Shown piece after piece: positions 34,443 through 44,189 of a stretch of DNA of 64,000 bases. The notes below the pieces were generated by a model. It was given only the letters and a program-made list of their open reading frames with translations. It searched no databases and was not told the origin of the DNA. This DNA comes from an uncultured Gemmatimonadales bacterium (GTDB lineage: Bacteria; Gemmatimonadota; Gemmatimonadetes; Gemmatimonadales; GWC2-71-9): contig CAWJIM010000002.1 in NCBI GenBank assembly GCA_963842945.1, forward strand, positions 192,001 through 256,000, given 5' to 3'. Each line of letters begins with the position of its first letter. The stretch's first letter is position 1. Position numbers and translations under genes: made by a program.

Positions 34443-35985
34443 CTACACATCGTACGTATCGATCTGCGCTCTCTGCAGCTTGCCGGAATAGTCCACGTAG
34501 CAGACCTTGGTCTCGGAGTAGAACTCGTAGACTTCCCAGCCACCCTCCCGATGCCCGTTGCCAGTGGCCTTGATGCCGCCGAAGGGAAGGTGCGCCTCCG
34601 CCCCGATGGTGGGCGCGTTGACATAGGTGATGCCGTTGTCCAGCTCCTGCATCGCGCGGAAGGCGAGGTCCACGTTCCGGGTGTATAACGAGCTGGAGAG
34701 CCCATAGCGCACATCGTTGTTTACCCGGACCGCCTCATCGAACGAGTCCACCCGAATGACGCTCAGCACCGGACCGAAGATCTCCTCCTGCTCCAGCCGG
34801 CTCTTCGGCTTCACGCCGGCAAACACGGTCGGCTGAAAGAAGAACCCACCGTCGAGCTCGGCGCCGGACGGGCGCTTCCCTCCAGTGACCAGCTCCGCTT
34901 CCTCCTTCCTTCCGATCTCGACGTACTGCTCCACCTTTTCTCGCGAGGCCTGATGGATGAGGGGGCCCACGTCCGTCTTGTCCTGTCTGCCGTCGCCCAG
35001 CTTCAGGGCTTCGGCCGCCTGGGCCAGCCGGCGAAGGAACCCGTCATGCACCTTCTGATGCAGAATCAGACGGCTGGTCGCGGTGCAGCGTTGCCCCGTG
35101 GTGCCGAAGGCGCCCCACAGTACCCCCTCGAGGGCCAGGTCCTGATCGGCATCGTCCATCACGATCATCGCGTTCTTGCCGCCCATCTCCAGCGAGAGCC
35201 GCTTGTGCATCCGGCCGCAGGTCTCACCGATGATCGAGCCGGTCTCGGTGGATCCGGTGAACGAGATGACCGGCACTTCCGGATGCTCGACCAGCGCCTT
35301 ACCCACCGTCTCGCCCCGGCCGTGAACCAACTGCACGACCTCGGGGGGAAGCCCCGCCTCGAGCAGGATCTCCACCAGCAGGTGCACCGTGTGCGGCACG
35401 TCTTCCGAGGGCTTGATGATCACCGAGTTTCCGCACAGGAGCGCGGGGAACATTTTCCAGGTGGGAATGGCAAGCGGGAAAGTTGAACGGGGTGATCAGC
35501 CCCACGACGCCGATCGGACGGCGGTAGCTCATGGCCCACTTGGAGCGCAACTCCGAGGGAACCACATGGCCGAACAGCCGGCGCCCTTCGGTGGCAGCGT
35601 AGAAGGCGGTGTCGATGCCCTCCTGGACGTCTCCCCGAGTCTCCGCCAGCACCTTGCCCATCTCGCGGGTCATCGCGTTGGCGATGGCGTCCTTGCGCTG
35701 CACCAGGAGGTCGCCAACCCGGCGGAGCACGTCACCCCGGGCGGGGGCCGGTGTTCTCGACCAGATCTCGAATCCTCGCTTGGCCGAGCGGACGGCCGCA
35801 TCGATATCGCGAGGATCCGAATCGGGAAACCGCCCGATCAGATCGTCCGGCTTGGCGGGATTGCGGTTCTCGAAGTACGCCTGCGATGCTGGCTCTACCC
35901 ACTCGCCTCCGATGAAGTTCTTGAAGGTCTGCGCGTCGACCGATTTGCTGACGCGCGATTCCCGGACGTTGAACGTGTTTGTCAT
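34443..35985 (-). CDS. Aldehyde dehydrogenase family protein (frameshifted)
   Basis: ITPFNFP, FTGS, LEMGGKN, GQRCTA, EEIFGPV, PFGGIKATG. Confidence 0.95.
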
Positions 35986-35992
35986 AGATGGC

Positions 35993-36451
35993 CTACTGAG
36001 CAGGAGCCTGCGGTGCCGGAGCAGCCGCCGGAGGAGGAGAAGGACAGGTCCATTGCATTGACCGCTTGGCGTAACCGGTGCGCGGCAGGATCTCGCGGGT
36101 GGCCATGATGCCGGCCCACAGGATGACCAGCAGCGACACCATCATGGCCAGCCCCTGGCGATGAGCCCAGCTGGTGAAGGCGCCGAGCACGCCCAGCATT
36201 ACGGCGAGTACGGCGGCACCCAGAAAGAAGATGAGCCGGATCCCACAAGTCTTGTCGTAGGGCCACAATACAAGCGCGACCGCAAGGATCGTCGCCACCA
36301 CGGTCCAGAGCCAGGCCAAGGCGACGAACCGGCGCCGCGGAGCCGGTGTGGGCACCGCCACGGGAGGAGAGCCGGTGGATGGTCCCTGCTTCGAAATGGC
36401 GCGATCGATGTTGGCGAGCTCTTTGTCCCAGTCTCTCGGCTGCTCGGTCAT
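35993..36451 (-). CDS. Hypothetical membrane protein
   Basis: MTEQPRDWDKELANIDRAI followed by three TM segments; overlaps the stop of the upstream regulator. Confidence 0.65.
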   Translation of the reverse strand: MTEQPRDWDKELANIDRAISKQGPSTGSPPVAVPTPAPRRRFVALAWLWTVVATILAVALVLWPYDKTCGIRLIFFLGAAVLAVMLGVLGAFTSWAHRQGLAMMVSLLVILWAGIMATREILPRTGYAKRSMQWTCPSPPPAAAPAPQAPAQ

Positions 36452-37797
36452 TCGGGGCCTCGGTTCAGACCAAATCGTTCCATTTTCTTGTAGAGATTGG
36501 AGCGGGGAATTTTGATGGCCCGGGCCGTCTCCGACAGGTTCCAGTCGTGCTGCCGCAGCTGCTGAACCAGAAACTTCTTCTCCGCTTCGAGCTTGAAGTC
36601 TTCCAGGCTGGGACTCTCTCCGTTGGGACCGATGGTCCCGGGTAGCAGATGATCGATATCCTCGGCCGTGACCTTCTTGCCCGATGCCAGAATGAGCACC
36701 CGCTCGACCGCGTTGCGCAGCTCGCGAATGTTGCCGGGCCAGGGCCGAGCCTGGAGCCGGCGCACCGCGTCGTCGCTGAACTTCCTGCCGGGCACTCCCG
36801 CGCTGGCGGACAACTGCTCGGCGAAGTACGCCACGAGGGCGGGAATGTCCGCCCTGCGCTCCCGGAGCGGCGGGACCCCGATGGGCACGACGTTCAGCCG
36901 ATACAAGAGATCTTCCCGAAATCTTCCCTCGGTGATCTCCTGCTCCAGGTCCTTGTTCGTGGCCGCCAGCACCCGCACGTCTACCTGAATCGGCTTCGAT
37001 CCGCCGATCCGGGTGACCACGCCCTCCTGCAGCACCCGAAGCAGCTTCGATTGCGCCGAGAGGGACATGTCGCCGATCTCGTCGAGGAAGAGCGTTCCTC
37101 CGTCGGCTTGCTCGAACTTCCCTGCCCTGTCGGCAAAGGCGCCGGTGAACGAGCCCTTCATGTGGCCGAAGAGCTCGCTCTCGATGAGCTCTGAGGGAAT
37201 GGCGGCGCAATTCACTTCGATGAAGGCCCGCCCCTGCCGGGGAGAAGCCTCGTGCAGCGCGCGGGCGACCAGCTCCTTCCCGGTGCCGTTCTCGCCGGTG
37301 ATCAGCACCCGGGCCGAGGTGGGGCCCACCTTGGCGATCAGATCGCGCACCTCCTTGAGCGCTGGGCTGTCGCCCACCATGCGGAAGCGGCTCTCGCTCT
37401 CCTCCCGAAGCCGAGTGTTCTCATCCATCAGCTTGGCCTGGGCCAGCGCATTGCGCACGGTGACCAGCAGCCGGTCAGTGTCGAGCGGCTTCTCCAGGAA
37501 ATCAAACGCGCCCCGCTGGGTGGCTTCCACCGCCGTCGCGATGGTGCCGTGTCCGGAGATCATCACCACCTGGGAGTTGGGATCGAGGTTGCGCAGCCGG
37601 GTAAGCGTCTCCAGTCCATCCAGCCCGGCCATCTTCACGTCGAGGAAGACCAGATGAGGGCGAAAATCGGGGTACACGGTGAGCGCCTCGCCGCCCGAGG
37701 CCGTCACCTTCACTACCAGGTTCTCGTATTCCAGCACCTGCTTGAGCGCCTGCCGGATTCCCGCCTCATCATCCACGATCAGAATGCGGTAGCTCAT
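36448..37797 (-). CDS. Sigma-54-dependent response regulator (NtrC/NtrX-like)
   Basis: REC domain, GENGTGKE, GSFTGA, LDEIGD, WPGNIRELRN, Fis-type HTH. Confidence 0.95.
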   Translation of the reverse strand: MSYRILIVDDEAGIRQALKQVLEYENLVVKVTASGGEALTVYPDFRPHLVFLDVKMAGLDGLETLTRLRNLDPNSQVVMISGHGTIATAVEATQRGAFDFLEKPLDTDRLLVTVRNALAQAKLMDENTRLREESESRFRMVGDSPALKEVRDLIAKVGPTSARVLITGENGTGKELVARALHEASPRQGRAFIEVNCAAIPSELIESELFGHMKGSFTGAFADRAGKFEQADGGTLFLDEIGDMSLSAQSKLLRVLQEGVVTRIGGSKPIQVDVRVLAATNKDLEQEITEGRFREDLLYRLNVVPIGVPPLRERRADIPALVAYFAEQLSASAGVPGRKFSDDAVRRLQARPWPGNIRELRNAVERVLILASGKKVTAEDIDHLLPGTIGPNGESPSLEDFKLEAEKKFLVQQLRQHDWNLSETARAIKIPRSNLYKKMERFGLNRGPE

Positions 37798-38442
37798 GAC
37801 GCGGGCGCTCCGATCAGTGTGGCGCCGGTAGGCCGGAGCCGAATCTCCCGGATCCCCGCCGGGATCCGGACCGGGACTGTCTTCCGCGAGGGATTGCCCA
37901 GGGCCTTGGAGACCAGTTGGGGGACAGCATCACGGGGCAGCGGGAAGCCGCGAATGCTGAACGAGCGGAGCGCCCACTCCGCCTGCCGGGGAGCCACCAC
38001 GGTCAGCGGGCCCGCCGCCTGGATCGGCTCGGTGGGCTGGAGCGCCATGCTGAGCGGTCCCACCAGCTCCTTGGGCAGCCGGGCCGTGGCCAGACGGGCC
38101 TTGACCGTGATGCTTCCATCCTGCAGCTCGACCTGTAACGAATCCAGCTGACTGCGGAGACTGGGGTCGAGTCCGGACCCGATCATCGAAGCCACCTCGG
38201 ACGCGCTCAGCACCACCGAGTCTGCCCTCCATCCGTTCAATGAGTCGATCTTCGCGCTGAGCCGTCACCAGCGCTCGCGAGCCCGGCCGCCCGGACGACG
38301 CCGGCGCTTCAGTCCCGCCCAAGGAGCCGAACACCCGGCGAGCTTCGCTGGTCAAGCGATCGCGGTACAGCCAGCCGATGAAAAGAGCGGCCAACAGACC
38401 GAGACACCCCGCGAACTTGAACGGCGCGGCCAGGCACCCCAT
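37794..38442 (-). CDS. Hypothetical membrane-anchored protein (frameshifted)
   Basis: MGCLAAPFKFAGCLGLL N-terminal TM; stitched with ORF 37794-38240; operonic overlaps on both sides. Confidence 0.6.
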
Positions 38443-38996
38443 CAGTTGGCCAGATCCAGAGTGAGGCGCGACTCGTAGCGGGGGCCTCCCGTCGTGAGCA
38501 CGCTCTCATAGAGCACCAGCTGTTCGGCGACGAACGGCATCGGCTGGAACCGGCTCGCGTGAGCGTCCAGTCCTCGCGAAGGGATCCGCTGGCCCTCCCG
38601 CACTCGTCCCAGAGTGACGTGGGGCTTGAATGGAGTCCCCTCCGGGGCAAAGCCGATGGCCTCGGAGCCGCGCTCGATCCGGTCCTGCAACAGCTCGAGC
38701 GACGGCGGCGCCTCAACACCGACCCAGAGAATTCGCGGGCGGCTGCGGCTGGGGAATGCCCCGAGCTCACCCAGCGCAAGCGCCTGAGGTCCGGCTCCTG
38801 CAGCCGCAAAGCGGAGCGCTTCGGCGATCACGTCGAGACGATCGGTTCCCACCTCACCGAAGAACTTGAGCGTGAGGTGGAGACCCTCGTCGTGCACCCA
38901 ACGCACCGGCCAGTCGCCACTCCTTAGATCGGACAATAGATCCAGGATCTGGCCCCGGGCGGGATCCGGGATCGGCACCGCCGCGAAGAGCCGCAT
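38442..38996 (-). CDS. thpR: RNA 2',3'-cyclic phosphodiesterase
   Basis: MRLFAAV, two HxT motifs (LHLTLKF and PHVTLGR). Confidence 0.92.
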   Translation of the reverse strand: MRLFAAVPIPDPARGQILDLLSDLRSGDWPVRWVHDEGLHLTLKFFGEVGTDRLDVIAEALRFAAAGAGPQALALGELGAFPSRSRPRILWVGVEAPPSLELLQDRIERGSEAIGFAPEGTPFKPHVTLGRVREGQRIPSRGLDAHASRFQPMPFVAEQLVLYESVLTTGGPRYESRLTLDLAN

Positions 38997-39805
38997 CAAT
39001 CAGGCAGCTCGGACGCCAGGGCGAGCAGCCCGCCCCGGCGATAACCGTGGGGGTCCAGCTCGACCACCCGGAAACCGAGATCCAGAAAGGTGGTCTCGAC
39101 CCGGGTCCACTGTTCTCGCACCCGCGCCATCTGGTCCGGCTGGACCTCCAGTCGAGCCTTGTCACCGTGGTGTCGCACCCGAAGATCGCCGTCGACTCCG
39201 AGGGAGCGGAGAAAGGACTCTCCCTGTTCCACCTGCCGCAGCCGCTCCGGGGTAATGCCGAGCCCGTACATCACTCGGCTCGACAGACATGGCGCCGCCG
39301 GCGCATTCCAGGTCGGCAGACCGAGGCTGTGCGCGGCGGCCCGAACCTGCGCCTTGGTCCAGCCCAGCTCCGCCAGTGGAGAGCGTACGGACTGTTCCCG
39401 GGAGGCGCGAAGTCCGGGCCGGTGTTCACCCAGGTCGTCGGCATTGGTCCCATCGATGACGGTGTCGAACCTCATCTCCTGCGCCAGCTGGGCCAGCCGG
39501 GACCACAGCTCGGTTTTGCAGAAGTAGCAGCGCTCGGTGGAGTTGCCGAGGTAGCGGGGATCTGATAGCTCCCGAGTCTCGATCTCCCGAACCGGAATCG
39601 CAAACTCATGGGCGATCCGCAACGCGGTGTCGTACTGATTCTCGGGGTACGAGGCGCTGCGTCCGATCACCGCGAGGAAGCGCTCCCGCCCCAGGGCTCT
39701 GGTGCAGGCGACCGCGAGCAGGGCGGAATCGACCCCGCCGGAATAGCCCAGCACCACGCGGCCGAGCGTCTGCAGGTGTGCATACAGGCTCTCATGATCG
39801 GACAT
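38996..39805 (-). CDS. larE: ATP-dependent sulfur transferase LarE
   Basis: YSGGVDS PP-loop, [30 protein letters not shown]. Confidence 0.92.
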   Translation of the reverse strand: MSDHESLYAHLQTLGRVVLGYSGGVDSALLAVACTRALGRERFLAVIGRSASYPENQYDTALRIAHEFAIPVREIETRELSDPRYLGNSTERCYFCKTELWSRLAQLAQEMRFDTVIDGTNADDLGEHRPGLRASREQSVRSPLAELGWTKAQVRAAAHSLGLPTWNAPAAPCLSSRVMYGLGITPERLRQVEQGESFLRSLGVDGDLRVRHHGDKARLEVQPDQMARVREQWTRVETTFLDLGFRVVELDPHGYRRGGLLALASELPD

Positions 39806-39866
39806 GGGAGAAACGTAGCTGCGAAAGAGGTGAGGCGGAACGACGAACGTGAGGAACGTGAGGGAC

Positions 39867-39906
39867 ACGACGGAACGACGGAACGACGGAACGACGGAAC
39901 GACGGA
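39867..39906. repeat. Five perfect tandem copies of ACGACGGA
   Basis: Read directly, with degenerate copies on both sides (39836-39914). Confidence 0.9.
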
Positions 39907-39921
39907 TGACGACCTTTACCT

Positions 39922-40359
39922 ATGGCCGACGCCAACGTACTCGAGATCACACCGGAGCTCAGCATTCCACTCGGCGAGCTCGAATACCAAGCCTCCCGCT
40001 CCGGAGGTCCCGGAGGCCAGCACGTGAATACGTCCTCCACTCGGGTCGAGGTCTGGTGGGATGTGGCAGGGTCAGCCGCCCCGACCGCTGACCAGCGCGC
40101 GCGGCTCCTTCAGAAACTGGCGCCTCGGCTCGACAGCAATGGCCGGTTGCGACTGGTCTCGAGCGGCACCCGAAGCCAGTTGAGAAATCGTGAGGAGGTA
40201 ACCGAGCGGCTTCGGGAGGTGGTTGCCGCAGCCCTGGTGGTGCCCAAGAAGCGAAAGCCGACCAAGCCAAGCCGGGCGGCAAAGGCGGCCAGGCTCGAAG
40301 CCAAGCGCCGACGTGCCGCGACCAAGCGGGAGCGCCGTGCTCCCCGGCATGAGGATTAG
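39922..40359 (+). CDS. arfB: Alternative ribosome rescue factor ArfB
   Basis: SRSGGPGGQHVN, RSQLRNRE, basic C-terminal tail KRKPTKPSRAAKAARLEAKRRR. Confidence 0.93.
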   Translation: MADANVLEITPELSIPLGELEYQASRSGGPGGQHVNTSSTRVEVWWDVAGSAAPTADQRARLLQKLAPRLDSNGRLRLVSSGTRSQLRNREEVTERLREVVAAALVVPKKRKPTKPSRAAKAARLEAKRRRAATKRERRAPRHED

Positions 40360-40360
40360 T

Positions 40361-40543
40361 ATGCCGGACCGGTCGGCCGACGTCTTCTTCTATGGCTTGT
40401 TTATGGACCAGGAGCTGCTTCACTCTTACAACCTCCCGCAGCCGCCTGCCGCCTCCGAGCGCAATCCGGAATACGCGGACAAGCTCCGTGCCGTCGCGCG
40501 CAAGGTGGGGCTGCCGGCCGAGTACCTCTCTTCTATTAGATAG
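40361..40543 (+). pseudogene. Probable internally deleted gamma-glutamylcyclotransferase-like gene
   Basis: 60-aa ORF joining a GGCT-like N-terminus (DVFFYGLFMD) directly to a C-terminus-like segment (YNLPQPPAASERNPEYADKLR...LPAEYL). Confidence 0.5.
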
Positions 40544-40546
40544 CGG

Positions 40547-43021
40547 TTATGTACCGGTGAGTGTCGAGCGGGGACTGGGGGCTGGTGCCGCCAACTCCCG
40601 CTGTACCGCGCGCACCAGGGCCTCGGGCGTGACCGGCTTCTGCAGAAATGCCGAGCCTGGCGGGAGGAGGCCTCGCCGCTCGATATCGCCGTCGGTGTAG
40701 CCGGAGGTAAACAGCACCGGAAGGCGGGGACGCAGCAGAGCGACTTCTTCGGCGAGCTCCCGCCCCGACTTTCCCGGCATGATGACATCGGTCAACAGCA
40801 GGTCGATGCTCCGGTTGTTCTCTCGCACCAGCTTCAATGCTTCCGTCGCACCTCCCGCCTCCAACACTCGATAGCCAGCATCCTCCAGCGACCTTCGCAT
40901 GACCCCCCGGAGGATGTCCTCGTCCTCAACTATCAAGACGCACTCGGCGCTTCGGGCCCTTGGCGGCAGCTCCGGCTTCTCCGAGCTCACGATGCCTCCG
41001 GTCCGAACCGGGAGATAGATCTTGAAGGTGGTGCCCTGCCCGGGCTCGCTGTAAACCCAGATGTAACCGGCCGACTGCTTCACAATGCCATAGACGGTCG
41101 AGAGCCCGAGGCCGGTGCCCTGTCCCACGCCTTTGGTGGTGAAGAACGGTTCGAAGACGTGGTTCAGCGTATCCTGATCCATCCCGTGACCGGTGTCGCT
41201 CACTGCGAGCATTACGTAATGTCCCGGTTCGATCGATACGGCCCCCTTGCTTCGGGCATACGCCGCCGTCAGCTCAGCGGAGGAGGTCTCCAGCGTTATT
41301 CGTCCGCCCCGAGGCATGGCATCACGCGCGTTCAAGGCCAGGTTGAGGAGCACCTGTTCCAGCTGACCGGGATCTGCCTTCACCATGCCGATCGCCGGGG
41401 AGAGCGCGAGCACCACGCCGCAGTCGGCGCCCATAATCCGCCGCAGCACCGGCTCCCAGCCCCCGATCACCGCATTCAGGTTTATCACCTCCAGCTTGAG
41501 GATCTGCCGCCGGCTGAACGCGAGCAGTTGCGCCGTCACCGCCGCCGTGCGCTCTGCGGCCCGCTGGATAAACTCGACGTCGGTTCTGACCGCCTCGGGC
41601 ACATCCGGGCGCCGCAGGATGAAATCGGAGGCGCCGAGCACCACACTCATCTGGTTATTGGCCTCGTGAGCGACCCCACCGGCAAGCCGTCCCACCGACT
41701 CCATGCGGTGGGCCTGCCGCAGACGCTCCTCCGCGACCCGGCGGTCGGTTACATCGGTGCACACGCCGGTCAGATAGGTTGGCCTGCCCCGCTCATCCCG
41801 CCGGATTTCACCCAGATCGGCGATCCACCGGATCCGACCATCAGGAAGGAGGATGCGGAACTCGTAGTCCAGATCCCCACTCTCCTCGAGAACCTTCCGA
41901 ACCGTCTCGGCCACGTAGGCCCGGTCCTCGGGATGAACCCGGGAGATGAAATCGTCGTATCCGGAGATCAAAGCACCGGGCTCCAATCCGTAGAGCCGGC
42001 GAAGATTGTCATCCCAGGTGAGGGTATTGGTCTCCACCGACCACACCCAAACGCCCATGCGTGCGGCATCCAAGGCCTGCCGGAGACGTTCCTCACTTTC
42101 CCTCAAGGCATTGGTTGCCCGGTCGCGCTCGAAAGACACCGCGGCTGCGAGCACCAGCCCGGTCACGGAGACTGCACCGAGATAGCAGGTCACCTCGAAC
42201 AGCGTCCGGCTCGCCGTGGTGCTCACGAAGGGCCCCGCCCCCGCCACGACGTGCCCCACTGCCACGACGGCAACGGTGAAGGTCATCAGCGACGCCCCAC
42301 GCGCGCCAAAGCGTAGTGCGGCCCAGATGACGAAGGGGAACAGGAGATAGGGATAGTTCACCTCCCCGACGACAGGAGTGTGAAGCAGTCCACCGAGCCC
42401 GATCTCCCCCGCGATCACGGTGCCGGCGCAGAGCAGCAGCACCTCCGCAAGACGCCGGGTGTTGGTGCGACCGTCGCGAGGCGTGGCCCAGGAGAGCAGC
42501 AGCGGGGCGACCACCAGTGCGCCCAGCATGTCACCGGCCCACCAGACCGCGATCGCACCAGGGAGCGCGGACAGCTGAATCACGCCAGTGAGCCAGAGGC
42601 TACTGCTTCCGATGAGCGCACTGGTGAGGGTACCTAGGAGCGCAGCCAGCAGCAGGCCGCGGACGTGCCGGAGATTCTCGAACTGAGGGTGGGATCCAGC
42701 GAGCCGCAGCAGCAAGGCGGCCGCGGCCAATGCCTCGAGCGTATTGCCAACGGCGATCAGGGCGGCAGCGGTGAGTGGTACGGGCGTGGCAGCGTTGGCA
42801 AGAAAGGCCCCCAGGGCAATGCTGGGCCAGTATCGGCTTCCCAACAGCGTCAGGGCTGCGATGGCAATCCCGGTGGGAGGCCACACCAGCGAGATGCTCT
42901 GCCCGATCGAGGCGTAACGGAGACCGAGGAGGGCTGCCCCATAGCAGGCCGCCGCGAGCGCAATGGCGCGACCCGCGTAGGTCAGGGGCTGAGGAAGTTC
43001 GGTGCCCACTCTGAGGCGCAT
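40547..43021 (-). CDS. Hybrid sensor histidine kinase: MASE1-PAS-HisKA-HATPase-REC
   Basis: VWPPTG/WWAGD MASE1 motifs, VHPEDR PAS, GRLAGGVAHEANN, DTGHGM, FFTTK, GTGLGL, C-terminal receiver. Confidence 0.93.
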   Translation of the reverse strand: MRLRVGTELPQPLTYAGRAIALAAACYGAALLGLRYASIGQSISLVWPPTGIAIAALTLLGSRYWPSIALGAFLANAATPVPLTAAALIAVGNTLEALAAAALLLRLAGSHPQFENLRHVRGLLLAALLGTLTSALIGSSSLWLTGVIQLSALPGAIAVWWAGDMLGALVVAPLLLSWATPRDGRTNTRRLAEVLLLCAGTVIAGEIGLGGLLHTPVVGEVNYPYLLFPFVIWAALRFGARGASLMTFTVAVVAVGHVVAGAGPFVSTTASRTLFEVTCYLGAVSVTGLVLAAAVSFERDRATNALRESEERLRQALDAARMGVWVWSVETNTLTWDDNLRRLYGLEPGALISGYDDFISRVHPEDRAYVAETVRKVLEESGDLDYEFRILLPDGRIRWIADLGEIRRDERGRPTYLTGVCTDVTDRRVAEERLRQAHRMESVGRLAGGVAHEANNQMSVVLGASDFILRRPDVPEAVRTDVEFIQRAAERTAAVTAQLLAFSRRQILKLEVINLNAVIGGWEPVLRRIMGADCGVVLALSPAIGMVKADPGQLEQVLLNLALNARDAMPRGGRITLETSSAELTAAYARSKGAVSIEPGHYVMLAVSDTGHGMDQDTLNHVFEPFFTTKGVGQGTGLGLSTVYGIVKQSAGYIWVYSEPGQGTTFKIYLPVRTGGIVSSEKPELPPRARSAECVLIVEDEDILRGVMRRSLEDAGYRVLEAGGATEALKLVRENNRSIDLLLTDVIMPGKSGRELAEEVALLRPRLPVLFTSGYTDGDIERRGLLPPGSAFLQKPVTPEALVRAVQRELAAPAPSPRSTLTGT

Positions 43022-43152
43022 GAGCCAGTCTATGGTGAACGGATCTCTGGTAAGATATCGCACCCTGCCCTTTGGTCTAATGGCCTCCTGCACGATCCAA
43101 CGCCACACTGTTTCATATCCCGATCGTCAGTCCGAAGAAGAAGGGGGGCCGA

Positions 43153-44115
43153 ATGTCGGTGGCTCTCGAGCTCGGCATGTACCTGGTGCTCGCTGCCGCG
43201 GGCCAGGACCGGTCCGTCCCCTATCAGCCGGCGTCGTTACCGGCCGGGGTCCCCGGATACTTCTCCCGGAATGGTCTTCCGCCGGTGCCGGGAGTCTTAA
43301 CTCTGACCGCGAGTGGATTGACCTTCCGCTCGCCTGGCGGAACCGTCCTGCTGAGCTACCAAACCATCCACGCCAACGAACGGATGAGCCAGCGTTCCGC
43401 GTCGCGCGCGAGGCTGGCTTACACCGGAAAGCTCGGGAGCAGGGTCTCCTACGTTTTCCGGATCAAGGACGGCGTCTTCGAGACGGCAGAGCCCGGCGGC
43501 CTGCCCAGCATCCTGACCCAGCTGTTCTTCGAGCGGGTACCCAGCAATCCGGTGCATGGTATCGCCGATGCCGCCGCCGCAGCCGGTGTTATCCGTAAGC
43601 TGTCCCAGAGCGCCTATGCCGACACGCTCTATGCCCTGTTTGGGAAGCCCGCTAGGCCGGTGGGCTCCGTTGGATCCCGAGGAATCCGGATGGGCGATCT
43701 GGCCGAGTACGTGAGCCCCCGTGATTCGGTAGCGCTGGATCCGGTCCACATAACCAGCCAGGACCAGCTGCGGCACGCCTTTGCTCACGAGCTGGGACAT
43801 CGGTGGGAACAGCGTGAGATGGGGCGGGTGGATTCGATACTGGCCAACGTGCTCGCGATGGGCGATCCGGAGCGGTATGGCTACGGCAGCAGGGCCGAGC
43901 ACCGGGCCGAGGCCATCGCATTCGCGGTGCACTTCCTCCAGAGCACGATGGCCGACCCCTCGTCAGACGGGCTCGACCTGCTGGAGCACTACGAGCTCCT
44001 GGTTCCCGGCACCCGCGCCATGGTCGGCTACCTGATCCTGCTGCCAACGTACCGCCGCCATCCGTTCCGGGCGACGCTCGCCGAGCAGCAGGCTTCCTTG
44101 CCTTTGGTGCAATAG
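43153..44115 (+). CDS. Hypothetical secreted protein with zincin-like HExxH motif
   Basis: FAHELGHRW followed by EHRAEAIA; hydrophobic N-terminus. Confidence 0.6.
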   Translation: MSVALELGMYLVLAAAGQDRSVPYQPASLPAGVPGYFSRNGLPPVPGVLTLTASGLTFRSPGGTVLLSYQTIHANERMSQRSASRARLAYTGKLGSRVSYVFRIKDGVFETAEPGGLPSILTQLFFERVPSNPVHGIADAAAAAGVIRKLSQSAYADTLYALFGKPARPVGSVGSRGIRMGDLAEYVSPRDSVALDPVHITSQDQLRHAFAHELGHRWEQREMGRVDSILANVLAMGDPERYGYGSRAEHRAEAIAFAVHFLQSTMADPSSDGLDLLEHYELLVPGTRAMVGYLILLPTYRRHPFRATLAEQQASLPLVQ

Positions 44116-44189
44116 ATCGTTCCCGCCTGCTGTCCTATGTTCGCCCGGAATTGTCGTCTTTTCCAGAGAATCTTGCCAGGAGTGGTCGC

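Noticed and set aside
39836..39914. Possible CRISPR or iteron array
   Set aside because: 8-bp contiguous units without spacers and no rep or cas gene nearby; treated as a microsatellite.
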